From Phoronis australis (lineage: Eukaryota > Animalia > Phoronida), in the NCBI GenBank assembly GCA_002633005.1, contig NMRA01000140.1, positions 807,005 to 871,004 on the forward strand: a stretch of 64,000 bases of DNA, in the 5' to 3' direction. Under the pieces are notes generated by a model. That model was not told the origin of the DNA. It worked only from the letters and a program-made list of their open reading frames with translations, and did not search any database. Positions 50,835-64,000 of this stretch are shown here, one piece after another. Both the position numbers and the translations under genes were made by a program. Position 1 is the first letter of the stretch. The number at the start of each line of letters is the position of its first letter.

Positions 50835-53800
50835 CATGATGATCATGTTTGAACTCTAAAATTAAATCCGGACAAAGTGAAACTGAGTGTGAGGCAGTAT
50901 CTGAAGGTCTTGTGGCTCAAGCGCCGGGGAGGTCGAATCACTGGCCTTGCAGATTTTTGCGAAAATGAAAGCGAAAGAAAAGGATTCAAGTTATCGAAGT
51001 GGTTTTTGGTGGAAGGCTTTAGGCAGCTGACGAATAAGGGAATTTACCGCTGTTCAGCCGGAAATAATGAATTTTTAACCGAGGTCAATTTCCAGTGACC
51101 ACGTACTGAGCAAGTTACGAAACCGTCAACCGAACTGAGTGAAACCGTGATCCCTCGCTTTTCACCCACGGCTTTTCACCTCTAACTGGGCGTCGTGGTC
51201 AAGGCGCCTGCAGATTCTCAGTCTCAGACTTGTTGAATAGAAACAGGTAACAAAACTGAATTAACAACGACTCATCCGGTTAGGCACACATTGTTTGCAT
51301 TCAGGTGCGGCTGACTCACACCCCAAGACGGGCCCGAAGCCACGACCCAGCAGTCGCAGCCTGACGTTTTGCCAGTAGAGCTGAGGGCCAATGTATCAAG
51401 TAATCGAGTATTTTTAACTTGACCGATAAGCTCACTTGCCATCCTACCGAATTTCGAGTCTGAACTCGAATTTCAAGTTCGAGATCTCGACTTTTTACAC
51501 GAGTTTGTAGCTCGAATCTAGGGGTCATCAGGTGCGAACTTGGATTAGAAACCATACTGTTCTCGGGCAAAGAGCAACAGACACTTGCCATGAGTTTGTA
51601 CAAATGTAGAACGAAAAGGGCCAAAAACAATTCCGAGTTCAATTTCGAGTATAAAGATTATAATACCCCGCCAGACCTAGGAAGTAATTGGTTACCATCG
51701 TTTATGGCTGATGACGTTATTGTGACACTATTGTCTCGAGGTTTGTGTTTCAATTCCTGTTCTGTTTTCTACTAATAAATGTCGATTGTGGTTTCAGAAA
51801 TTATATCATGGTATTAGCCGAATGCTCCACTTTGCAAGAAGAACAAAGTTCATTGTCCATCGCTGAGCAATAGCAATTTTTAAGATTGTCGAGGATATCA
51901 GTCATTGACTAGCGACACGTTTCATGGAAAAACAAAGCTTGTGTCAAATATTTTTTCTTTTGTCTGCAGACTCTTCTGCCTGTGTAAAAACATTTACCAA
52001 ATGGAACGCTAATTCCTGTCTAATATTCAGTTCTACAGTGGGCGATGAAACAGTTTCGATTCATTGTATGGAGGCGGCGATAACGATGTTATGGTTTCTT
52101 TTTGTTCCTCTGTAGTAAAAAAGTTTCATATTTTCATGACCACGCGCATGAACATTACAGCAAAGATAAAATTGAATGCCAACGCATTTTTCATTACTGA
52201 ACTTGCGTTGCGCCAAATACCAAAATATAATAATCAAATGACACATGTACCTATATGATGAGATTAGTTGAGTTCTCACCTGAAAACTGTAACACTACCA
52301 TTTATTGGTTTGAAAGTTGTTTGCTTAAAAATTTCACAATCCTGCTTCGTGAACATTCAGTAAGTAACTGCTGAAACTAGTTGACAATTGTTGGGGGCAC
52401 ATCCCCGAACCCCCCCCCCCCCCNCGGAGAAGTTACATGTACACCTCTGATTGCATACAACACTCAAACTGGATAACTTTGTGAAGGAATCAGACCTGTG
52501 TCTCCACACCGCTTACCTGTGAACTTTAGGTAGCAATCAAATAATTGAAAATTTTAATTTGGTTCTCTCGATCCTTTCCGCCTCGTTAAACTTGAGCTGT
52601 GAGTACTGTTATGATTGATGGAGCGTGGGTGCACGTACAATGGCTGAAGGGTCTTAGAGTAGCACAACAACCTCCAAATGCTGTCCCCCTACACGCGGGG
52701 TAAACAATGGTCGGAGCCTTTGAACCTTTCTTGGAAGCGACAGTCGGAGGAGAAGAAACACTCACGTCTCGACTTGATCCTGAAACTTGGCAGATCGTTT
52801 AATCACTCGATAACGTGTCTCCTTGAAGTCTCAACGGTTAGGCCGTTCTTATAATCACGATAGCATTGAAGTAGGGAGATACCGTGGGGGTAGACCTTCT
52901 GTCCCAACATTTGTGAGGATAAATACCATTTTCTGTTTAATCGTAACACATACACTTAGAAAAAAGTACATCGGCACGTATTACTGTAACCGCTCTGTCG
53001 CTCTGCTGTATATATAAATTGATAATGAACAACTTGTACACCTGTGTAAATACGTTTTCTCACCTTTTTAACTTCGTAAGAACTTGTTAAGCGCATAAAC
53101 ATCTGAATGCTGTTTTTGAACGATGGATCTATGGCCTTTATTGCATGAATAAATTAAATTGATTGATTAATAGTTAACTGTTTTATTCTCTCTTTGTTCA
53201 TACATCTGCCAGTACCCTACAGGTCCACTTTAATCACAGTGTAGATTTTTGTGTAGGCGGTATTCATGTAGGAATTGGGGTTTTCTTGTCACTGACAATA
53301 TGAAAAGACTAAAACTTAATCTTATTCACAATCTTTTAGTCTAGTTGAATTTATACTGTGAAAACGATTTTCGTAAGAAAAGATTTTTGAAGAACTTCCG
53401 AAACTTCAACAGTGATGTTAATGTGAAATTAGATTGTCCGCCTTTTGTTTCCACTGTCGTATCTTGTTATACATTGCTAAAAATTACATGTATGTAACCG
53501 CAATCCGTGTTTGCAGATGACCAGAACACGTTGTCATGGTGGCAGGAAAGACACTGTAAACACAAAAGATCTTGAAGATTGAATGCCATCATCTGTCGAA
53601 AAAACTATTAGCGATAGTAGCAATGTATGATGATTAATTACTAATTGGTAGTTATTACTAGTACTGTGGTTAATAGATTTATTTTACAAGTGGTTATGAC
53701 GATCACCAACGCCTTCTGCCGTCAGTGTACTCTCAGCTCAGAAGCGTACCCAGTGACTGGCATTGTGACGTCAGGTTGTGTGTTTAACTAACGGTTACCC

Positions 53801-56800
53801 CGTAGATCACCATGTGTACTTGTGGTCAAGTGGCTGTAGAGAGGGTGGCTTTGTTCTATAATCACACAAACTCTCAACTTTTTTGCAAAATGGACAGTAA
53901 GTAAACAATGGGGAAGGTAAAATTTTGACTAAACGCGTGCGAAAGTGGTGCGTGAGAGCCATTTGTTGTAGCTTAGTGATCAAGAATTTGAGACACACCG
54001 AATGAACTCAACACCTGATTTGTCGCCTTCGCTCACTAATTTAGTTCCAATTCGTAAAAGCGTTATATGCGAAGAGTAAACAAATTATTGAAAGACGCAC
54101 TTTTTGTAGCTGCACAACGGCGAGAAAAATGTTGTGTAACGATGAACTCGTGTGTCACGATGCGGGCTTCCACGACTGAACAAATACAGACGCACGCCCC
54201 AGTTGTTTTTAATGATACCAGCTCGCTAGCTTGTGGAAAATAATGTATAGGTAAAGAGTACACCATGTGATGAAAGAAATACACTGTCCGTTATTTGTTA
54301 CAATGATTCACTTGTTTAAACATTGGAGGAACGTGTAATTTACTTTGTAAGTCGACACAAGCTCTAAAATTAATAGAATTCCGACCTCTAATTAGGATTT
54401 ATTATCAATTCTCCAGGTTAAAGTTATAAAAAGTTATCAACATAATGAGTTACGTGTATTCTGTGTGCTTAATGAATTCAATAAGAATCGTGCCTCTAAT
54501 AGGGGTTGGTATCAATTTCTTAGGCTTAAATTAGAAAAATAGCTGGTTTTGTGGTTCAGGTGTATTCCATTGAATTCAACCCAGCAAAAAACGCAATGAC
54601 CAAATTCTGAAAGTGGCTTAAGATTTAACCAGGGTTTGTTTTTATTAACAGTCGCACTCAATTTTTACAAATCTGTAAGTGAAAAGAGTGGGCTGTTGCA
54701 GAGCAAGCTCTTACGGAGTTAGACTAATGTGGAAATTGAATAGAACCATGGGTTTATCCAAAACTTTCTCAAAAAATGACCGAACACGGGAGTTCCCGTG
54801 AGCGTTAACGGTCCGTCGGTACCGCTGCGGCCGCGGCTCCATGTAGTGGTGCATACTCTCATGTAATAACATAGTACAGTGAAGTGGAATACATTAAAGT
54901 GAATTGATAAAACAAAGACCATTCGTTTATTCACTAACTACATATCAATTCGCGGCAGCTGTGAATCGACTTCGTTGCGAGTGAAAGCTAATGCGATCAC
55001 GTGCTTCGCTTGTAATGCATGGCAAAATCTCGAGTATGCGTGATCTCGTCAAACTTGCGAAACCCTTCGCTTTACGGACGGTAGTCCCATCTTCTGTTCG
55101 AACCATTACGTTATCAAGGAACATGGTTTCAATTAAGAAGGCAAAAACAGATACTCTCAAAGCGTTATAAATGTAATCATCAGTTGAGATTTAGATTGTG
55201 ACCTTTCCGGGTTATGATAAGACTATGATAGCATGTTTTTAGAATCTCAAAGTATCACCGTCTCAGTTGTGAACATAGAGCAAACGTTAATGCTAGTTAC
55301 AGATATAATCAGCATGACGTCAGAATTTAGCTTTTTATTTTTTCTGATTACATACATTGACCAGTAGCTAAACTGGCTCTCGCTCCGCCCACTCGATCAC
55401 GTGACGCAGCTTTAGACAAGCAAAGGCCACTTAAATACTGGTAACTTTGTTTACCAGGTTGTACTTACGTGCAAATATTTTAAATTCTGTTACATCTAAC
55501 CCCTACAAAGTATTTTCTGAAAGGTTAATAAATTTCCTAACAAATTATATTATTCTTTTTACGAGAACTCGTGAATATTAATATCTTTCTGAAACGAGGC
55601 TTGAACACCATGAGTGGTTTTTTACATTCCAATGGCCAACCCAAACTGAAGTTTATTTACCAAATTAGCCGACCAAAAACAATTTCCAATGTATAATTTT
55701 ACATTGTAGTTAAAATATCATTAATGGTGATGCCTTTGGTGACATTTTAATCTTTCAGAAATGAGAAAAAACGGTTCCACAGTAAACGAGGGAACTGAAA
55801 TTGTGTTGGCCGAAGATCTCAGTCGTAACTGTGTATTTCTTACGACTCTCATTTTTTGTTTTCCGTTGACAAATAACAAATTTAGTGGCTGCAAAAATTT
55901 ATCTGAATAGTGAGTCGGGTATATTGTTGGATCCGGGAGCTGTATAGCTAGGAATCGCGCTAGAAAGCGTGCTCGTTGAATCCCTAAAATTTTGTTTGTG
56001 GTCAACTCAGCATGAAAATTTATGTCACCGTAGAACGCCAAGTCCGATTTTATTTAATTCTTGCATTTGATTGACACTTGCCTTGTCCAGCGTCACAAAT
56101 CATTAAAAAATGCAAAGTTACTCCCACACTCTCTTTTTCAACAAAGAAACGTCAGTCAACAACGCCACGTTCGTGACACACGGTCGCGCTTAGCGGGGAT
56201 TTCTGATAAATCCCCCATCAGTGCATTGTACCCCTAGGCGCTTTTCAGAAAAAAAATAGCGTCCGTGGGCACTTTTTCGTTAACAAAAAATGAATTGAAA
56301 AAATCTTTGTTCCAGAAATAGTTCTTGGGGCGCTTTTACGGGAACAAAAGGCGCACGTGCCCTTGGTTCTCACTTTCACTCCCCAAATTATGCCCAACTT
56401 TAACCGAACTTTGAAGATGTATTTGCGTGCTGCTAACTATGCTAATGTATAGCAGGAAAAAACGACAATGTTGTATGAACGTCATCTACGCTAAACAAAT
56501 TGTAGTTGTATTCAAAGACAACTTGTAAATGTGAAAACAAAAATTATGGAAATAGCTGACTTTTGTATTAATAACGTATCTTGGGAGCTCACGTAACTGC
56601 ATCGTGCAGTGCAATTCCCCCAATAACACGTCATGATACTTACTGGAGACGGTCGAGTGATTTACGGCAGATCATTTTCTACACAAAACTCGTTCTCAAT
56701 ATTTGACAATTTTCAACCTATTTCATATCCACGTAGTCGCTATATGTTGTGTTTCTAAATTGATCAAGCAATCACAGAGATAGGGAATTAGCGTGCAAGT

Positions 56801-57240
56801 TCTACTTTAAGAGACAGTGTGTTGTCTATTCAAGTCAGAAGATATGTTAGTTCTCCCGATACTTAACCAGGTTTTGCTGCCTACGGTAGAAGCTTTTTAC
56901 ATTACTCTTGCACTCCCTAAAATGTCATTGTCTGTGCGTCTCTTTTGGCATACTTGTCTAATAATGTGTATTTCATAAAGAGAAACCACTAAAAGTCAAA
57001 ATCTTGTCATAAACGCATTAGTCGCGTAACCTTTTCAGATACAAAAAGCGATTCTTTCTCGTGACCTTTCGTTAAAACAAAGGTAGCAAAATTTCTAGTG
57101 GTACCTTCCCCTGGCTTGCCCCCAAGCGGCTGAACCTGCACACCTATGAACGTATTAAATTACCGACGATGTGGGGGGATATCGAAAGCGGCGATAGGAA
57201 GGAATTTGATAATAAAATTTAGATTCTTACGCACCTGTTA

Positions 57241-58874
57241 AGGTACTCATGACTCGAGCGGCAGGGCTAGCCAGACGAGATCAATGTTATGTTACTCAAG
57301 CCTCATTTTGGCATTAGAATGTCAACCAGGGGTTGCAGCTTTTAAAAATTGGTCATTAGGCGCAGGTAACTAAGTGCGTGGATAATTTTTACTCTAATAA
57401 TACTTCACTGCGAAGATGACAACTGGCCAGAAAATCATGTTAATATTTTGCATTTGTGTTTAAGCATTTCTGAGTAAGCATGTGGTATATCGAAGCCAGA
57501 GAGTGTAAGGACTTCCGTCGGTCACGGGACCAAGGCAAGGGTCAAAAAGAGACAGATTTTGATGAAGAGTTGCACCACACGCACTTAAACAAGAGCAGCC
57601 CAATACTCTAAATGAAGCAATGACTCGTCTAAAAGTCGCCATCTGTTGTCACGTTCATGTAAATACATTTGTGAAATGTCACAAAGATCCTGCAGGACGA
57701 ACAAGCTGCGGATGCAAAAAAACAAGCTGCCACGAGAGTACCCCACAATAGTCAAACTATCCAAACACCGTGAACCATGCTCTTCCCAGTAGGAACACAT
57801 TCACCAATTCACAAAGATTCTTAGATTCTTTGGCCGATAGAGAATTTGGACGCCGAAAACGGACTCAAACATAAAAGCAGCCAATGGGAGGCGCACACTA
57901 AGTTAAATCCATCTGAAAACGAAAACGTGTCATCACATTATTAATAAAAACGGGTAGCAGCATCATTGTTGAACACAAAATCATATATATTGGATGATAC
58001 GAGTTCGTGTAAGGTAGACCATGAAGTTAGACCGTGGCATTTCCAACAATTTATCCCCATTTAGAATCCCATCAAGGGCTTGCTGCTAACCATTTCTGAA
58101 AGAACAACTGAGATTCCATCGAGTAAAATAGTGCGTGACATGCTGAGGCTGAGTCCAATGCTTAAACTTCAGACTCGCGTACTTTGTTAAAAAGTTGCCT
58201 GTAAAACTAGGATGGCAGTGTTCACGTAAAACGTTCATGGCGCCGGTGGTTACCCTCACAGGAACTTTATGTGCAACCCTTCCGGTTATTTTGATTTTCC
58301 TGGAGTCCTTCCACAAGTCAAAATCACTTTGCAGAACAGAAATGGCTGCAAGAACTACTTTTTTATCAGACAAACTGTCCCTTTTAACCGAATCAGGGAA
58401 CACGAGGGTGATTTCTCACAGTGTTCCCGGAATGCCTGTTGAGACGACAACATGGCCCTGGCATTACCACGGTCTTCAATAATACTGTTTTTGGTTCTAC
58501 ATTCAGCTTCATTCCCTTATTTCGATTGGTGGATATGACAGTGCAGCTAGCACAGGTCATCCCTATTTTGATAGCGTGTTTAATTTTCCACAAGACAGCA
58601 CCATTGTAGCTGCTTGTCTTTCCTAAACCTGACATATACATTTGCAACTGCAAGGTAATATTTCACCACTATTCAATGCTTTCAATATGCAGACTGAGTT
58701 CCACTCATTGTTGATGTTCTGAGATGGTCTTACATTACACTTGATAATCACTGCGTCCTTGTTCAAATTATAGTGTAAAATCTTATCATCGCAGCCACTC
58801 TGGAAGTACTTGAATGATTCCAAACTTTTAAAGTTTTCCATTGACTGTCCATCAACTGCTTTCGCTTCTATCAA
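57241..58874 (-). pseudogene. Decayed SWIM zinc finger + YqaJ/lambda-exonuclease-like ORF, probably transposon-borne
   Basis: Frameshifted fragments FKSLESFKYFQSG...VRPSQ...GEIL.CSCKC/MSGLGKTSSYNGAVLWKI (SWIM-like CxC..GLG..CSH..A.L), QSDFDLWKDSRKIKITGRVAHKV and WLAASP(+1)DGIL...LLE (YqaJ motifs). A TTAA|GG possible terminus lies at 57238-57243. Confidence 0.7.
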
Positions 58875-59052
58875 TTAGTTGTAAATGTCACCATGCCTAA
58901 TATTGGGCCACTCACTCTTTCCATGATGAAATGCACTTTTAATTTAAAAATTCCATTGCTGTAGTTATATGGAAAATTCAAAGTGGTTCGAGATTTCACT
59001 CTAATTGATGTACTGGCAGCGGCAATGAGAACATGAACTAAATAGCAAACAG

Positions 59053-59122
59053 CATGGGCGGCGTACCCTAGAGGGTTGAGGGGCTGTAGCCCCCCACTTT
59101 TTTCAATGCTGCGCCGCCCATG
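59053..59122. mobile_element. Tiny MITE
   Basis: TIRs catgggcggcg / cgccgcccatg. Confidence 0.55.
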
Positions 59123-59777
59123 AACAGTAGACGAATCGGGATGCCTGCCAAATAATAACCTGACCAAAACAGGGAGTCCCTTGAACTGAACCAACATGAC
59201 TTCGGAGTTAGACAATAGGGGTTGTTGTCAAGGATGGGGGGATTATTCTTCACTGGTATGTTAAACACAAAGCAATGCAGTAAGGTTACTGACCTCTATA
59301 GAAGACAAGGAAGCAAAACTTTTTAAACAAATGTGACGAAGAGATGTACATTGGACGGAGTTCCAAATAGTTACTTTCATCAGGGAAAAGGACTTTTGGT
59401 TTTATTAGTGAAACTGCTTAATATAGGTATCATCAGGAGTCATAACAGGATGTTGTGCAACTGTAGAAACGTCAAGAAGAAAATAAATCAAAATAGTATG
59501 ACCAGGACTGGAGTAGCTACATTTGAAATAATTAAAACGTAAGTTAGAATTAAACAAACAACAAATTCATGCCACGACACATATTTAATATGACACAGAC
59601 TTTATATAATCCAGAAATGCGACATTGAAATGCTCACTGACATGCTGAAAAGCCGTTTTAGCTTTGTTTCTAACATTAGTCCAATGGCTGACTTCCGTTA
59701 TGCGAACCATGTCGCTATTTTGTAAACTATAATGCGAAGACACCCGATCTCTGCCTATAAATACACTCACCAAATTT

Positions 59778-60358
59778 AACAAACATCCCGCGGAGGTTTT
59801 ATGGGCCAAAAACCGCCCTAGAAGGAGACACAGTAGTTGGAGCCGTCCGAAATTCATCGTCAGACGTCCTCTTCCCAGTAGGAACACGTATGTCAATTTT
59901 CATATTCATCCTTTTAGTGGTTTGGCCTTTAGCGGAGTGGACGGCAGTAAACAGACTCGAAAACAGTAAAATGGTAAAAAAAACCTCTAGGTGGAGCAAA
60001 ATACGCCGAATCCCCTCGAACATGTGGAGGTGGCATTATCTTCCTCACAAATACCTTTTTGCCAACTTTCATGAAAATTCGATATGGAACTCCAAAGATA
60101 CAGAGGCAAACGTTTTAACGATTAAAAAACTAAAATTCCCAATAGAGGGCATACCAATAGTCGGATCCGTCCGAAAATTTGTTCATGCCGTTCCACCCAT
60201 AAAGGAAACATATGCGCAAATTTCCATGAACATGCATCAGGGGGTTTGGGAGATACAGCAGCGGACGCCAGACGGACGCCGGACGGACAGACGGACGGAC
60301 GGACGGACAGAGATGACAGCATAATGCGACCACACATGAATATTTGGGCGCTTAAAAA
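59778..60358 (+). mobile_element. Helentron-associated non-autonomous (HINE/pearl-like) element with GGAC microsatellite
   Basis: Repeated gccaactttcatgaa / gcaaatttccatgaa modules, then a (ggac)n/cagac tract at ~60262-60310, then a short stem-loop and A-run. Confidence 0.5.
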
Positions 60359-60884
60359 TAGTTTGTATTTCTTACTGTAACCAATGAGCTATCATTGTTG
60401 TAAGTCTTGAAACACTGTTTTAGTATCAAGGAACTTTTCACGGGATGGTTTTAGCTATTTCTGCAAGATTGTGAGAAGATTCGCGAGCAGTTGGCGAAAG
60501 TCGGGAATTCCAAAATGGTCACCATATTCTGAATTAACCCCTTCAAGTAGGTCACAAATTTGTTAAGTGGGCCAAATTTCAGCTTTTGATCGGTTGCAAC
60601 GGAAAGGTAGAAAGTGAAGTACCCGAATGGAGCAAGGCACATAGCCTATATACAAACAAGTTTCAGTTAAAAAGACAAAATCTGCAATAAATCGGCCGTC
60701 AAAGAAACACGTTTTTGGTTAACAGCACTTGCCGCAAGAGGGCGGGCTTAATGAGTAGTGCCTACACTTTTGTCGGCCTGCTGGCCAACTTCATGGCGTG
60801 TCGAAATGCCCACTTTGAATCATGCTACAACAACGCGCCTCTTACTTGGTGCTATATGTTGTGCTAACTCCGCGAAAATAGCCT

Positions 60885-60998
60885 TGCGTGTGTATGTGTG
60901 TGGGCGTGCGTGCATGCGTGCATGCATGCGTGCGTGCGTGCATGCGTGCATGCATGCGTGCGTGCGTGCGTGCGTGCGTGCATGCGTGCGTGCGTGCG
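60885..60998. repeat. (GCGT/GCAT)n microsatellite
   Basis: Directly visible alternating purine-pyrimidine tract. Confidence 0.95.
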
Positions 60999-62210
60999 TC
61001 ATTGTATTTTGGCTTTCTTAAGCTGCCTGTGCAGCTGATGATGGTTCCGATTAAAGTTCAGGGGAACGAACACAAAATTGTTCTCAATGTCTGTGACACT
61101 CAGCCCTCGGCGACTGTCCAAACAGCAACAGAAAACGCTGTCTGGCATTTTGGGTGTTACATCTCCCAATCGACAAAAAACACTGTTGGTACGTCTTTGA
61201 ATGTTGCAGCAAGCAAACTTGAGGGATCCATAGTCTAAAAGCTCCGTTTTCATAAGGTAGAAATCTTCTCAATCACTGAAATTATTTTCCTAATAACTTA
61301 ACTACCGGTAGTCATTTATATAACCTCTCTGGTTCATATCCGTTTTTATGTTATTTTTCGCATTTTGGTAACACTCTTGGTTTTCAGAATTAAAAAAATA
61401 TTTTCAAACCAGACAGGTATGTGAAATGATAATTACTTATGCAATAAATTATTCGTCTTTTGCTTTTTGTATAATCACCAAGAATTGACAAAGGGCTTTC
61501 TAACGACATGGCTCTTATGCAATTCAGTTGATAACCGGCGGAGGTTCAAAGGGTTTTAATGACATAAAATTCAATTGCGGGTGCACACACCGGTACAAAC
61601 AAGTGCAGGCAACTCTGACGCATGCGCAGCGTGTCCTCAGCGGCCACGAAATCGGAGTTGGCATTCCAGGGCCAGAGTTCTATGTTGCGGTCCATTAAAT
61701 GGATGCAGCAGCTTTCTACAACTGTCATGAACATTTCGACCTGTAATTCAAAAAAACATTACCAATCCCCGTCCATAGCAAACACATAGACAAATCTATC
61801 CGAGCGATCCTTTTGTTAAAAATTACATATTTATACTCGAATCATGCAGCATGATTGCTTAAATTTAAGTCGCCTGAGTCAGAGTCGAGTTCAAGTTCAG
61901 ATACCAGATCATGGACCTAGAACTCGCTTCGAGATGTGAAAATTTTTACCTTTAGCAGAGATCCTTAAACATTCGCTTTTCAAACCTTCAAACGTCTGCG
62001 CTACGTGGGAAACGATAATATAGACTTACTTTGTTTTGGTCTGCATGTTATCCGATGTCTCGTGTTTAAAATCTCTTCCTGATAAGTGTACTATAAAAAG
62101 GCGCACACTAGAAAATCCACTTTGAGAATTCCTTGATGTGCATATCGCCATGGACACATTTTTAAGTACGTCCACAACATTTTATCCAGTTATTTCAAGT
62201 TTGCATATAT

Positions 62211-62345
62211 ATAGATTATTACATGGCGAAGTCGTTATCCCACGTTATCTAGAGCCCGAGTGGATTTTGGTGAATTATCGCCCGAGGGGCGTTAGCCCCG
62301 AGGGTGATAATTTTCCAAAATCCACGAGAACATGTAATAATCTAT
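62211..62345. mobile_element. Fold-back MITE
   Basis: Outer TIRs atagattattacatg / catgtaataatctat; inner stem gtggattttgg..aattatc.ccc / ggg.gataatt..ccaaaatccac. Confidence 0.75.
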
Positions 62346-63255
62346 TTATACCACATACTAAACGAGAAACATTGCAATGAATCGATTTACCTTTTCTGAC
62401 TAAAACTAGACAGACTTCGACAGAACTATGCCAGTCTCGCTCAAACTTGGATAAAAATCTTGCCAGAATTATTCGGTATTTCCTTTGAGCTTTTGTAGCA
62501 ATAAAATAGCGTGTTTCAGAAGTTTGTCTTAATTAGATGTGTGTTTACTGCACCTAGCTGCAAATTGTTTCATTTAATCAAAACAATAGATTTGTTTAAA
62601 TTTTAGTCAATATGGATCATAGAGAAAAACACCTGCCAAGAGTTCACTGGATTTAGCCAGTCAGAGTTGAAATGGTTTCTAGTCGAAAAGCAATGAATAC
62701 GTATAGTCATGCTTTTTTGCACTGAAGCATTTCGATATTGTCCAGTTTATAATGAAAACTATTGTGTGGACGAGTGAACCAGAATGGTGATTACAGCTGA
62801 AACATACAATGAACAGAATTCACCATTCAGATTTAAGGACTTTCAAGGATGTTCAAACCCCATTTCAAGTACTAGTTTCAAAAACTTATTTAAACAAATT
62901 ATGCTGAAATTTGTCTATTATCTTCAGTAAAACAACAAGCAGACAAAAATACACAATATCATTACAGACGACCCAAATTTCTCCAGTTTTATACAAGTTA
63001 AGACTGCTTCTCAATTTTTTGTTGAAGGTTATCTTGCTTTTTACAGATACATTTTTATGGTGATTGGTGAATAACCGTGGAAACTGATGCAACATAAGAT
63101 TCTTTAAACACATTGAAAACAGTGAATTGACAAGATTTTGCATTACTATTGAAGTAATTTTCAAAGACAACATCAAATGAAAGACTTTCAGAGACAGGAG
63201 TCCAAATTCAAAGACATTTCTAGTACTAAGTGGAAACACTCCACACATTTCTTAC

Positions 63256-63447
63256 CAAAGTGTTTTTCGATTTCTTGTAATATCTGGATGCTGCGATGGC
63301 CGTCTACGAAGTTAATAGCTATGCCAGTCTTTCCAAATCTGCCCGTCCGTCCGATTCGATGCAGGTACGTCTCACAGTCTGCCCGACCTTGCATATCTAC
63401 AGGAAGGTCAAAGTTCACCACCAATGTGACCTGTTCGATGTCCAGAC
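63256..63447 (-). CDS. DDX19: ATP-dependent DEAD-box RNA helicase DDX19/DDX25 (Dbp5) family, late internal exon (gene continues beyond the window)
   Basis: ttccag|...|gtaaga exon encoding [65 protein letters not shown]. It carries motif VI ([10 protein letters not shown]) and the Dbp5-typical VVNFDLP...DCETYLH. Confidence 0.9.
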
Positions 63448-64000
63448 CTGGAAAGAAAAACAAGAACAGCTCAAGAAAGGTCACAGTTTACCACCAATGG
63501 TACCTTGCATAAACAGCTGTGTGCAACAGTTTGTTGGGTTCCCCTGGGTCCATTTTGACAATGCTGCTCTAAACGATACAATTTCAGTGACTCAGTAATC
63601 AAAAACATATGCTAGAGAATCTAATGCTGTAGTATACTAACAAAAGATTCTGTCTTGTTGAATTTGCTCTTGTGGACCTTCAAAAACTTTCCTGTTCCTT
63701 GAAAACTTCATTATTAAAGTGATTGACAGTGAAAGATTTCAGGCACCCATACGAATCCAGTTCAACATCTGACTACAAGCCGAAACTCCATCTAAGTCAG
63801 GAAGTTCCTAAATCTTTCTATAGTTTGACTTTACATAAATCACAATGTTGGGAACTTGGCTCATCATCACTCGTCTACCACTCATTTTGTGTGCCATCTT
63901 CCTGCACTATTCCTACCTCTAGCTGAGACGTTAGTAGTGATGAGCACTTTCTCTTTGCCTACTCTAAACCTGTTGATGACCGCTGCCCGCTGTTCTACAT

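Noticed and set aside
60758-61253. ORFs with CVRA/HART repeats and an adjacent Cys-rich ORF
   Set aside because: The repeat ORFs are translations of the (GCGT/GCAT)n microsatellite. The adjacent ORF has an in-frame upstream stop and no recognisable domain.
61546-61734. 62-aa ORF as a coding exon
   Set aside because: It contains the motif actct.gccctggaatgccaac, also seen at ~28227 and ~23737, so it is a dispersed repeat.

Overview
AT-rich, intron-containing, repeat-laden eukaryotic DNA, most likely from a marine invertebrate animal (inferred from gene and repeat content). I assembled four genes by hand from splice signals, plus one exon of a fifth. (1) A 5-coding-exon ependymin-related (EPDR) secreted protein, minus strand, 214 aa. 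(2) A 6-exon, 258-aa secreted protein that the ORF track largely misses. It has two tandem 10-Cys colipase/prokineticin/Dickkopf-CRD2-type domains joined by a highly cationic Arg/Gly linker, and is the most unusual item in the window. (3, 4) Two closely related achaete-scute-like bHLH paralogues in convergent orientation. (5) One late exon of the DEAD-box helicase DDX19/Dbp5 at the right edge. The rest is mobile DNA: a 5'-truncated LINE with an unbroken 541-codon RT ORF inserted at the end of a decayed Penelope-like GIY-YIG element (with a degenerate hammerhead-like motif), a solo LTR, a decayed SWIM + YqaJ/lambda-exonuclease ORF, many MITEs and palindromes, tRNA-like SINE heads, and a local A-B-A' duplication. 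No database searches were run; family names come from motif recognition.
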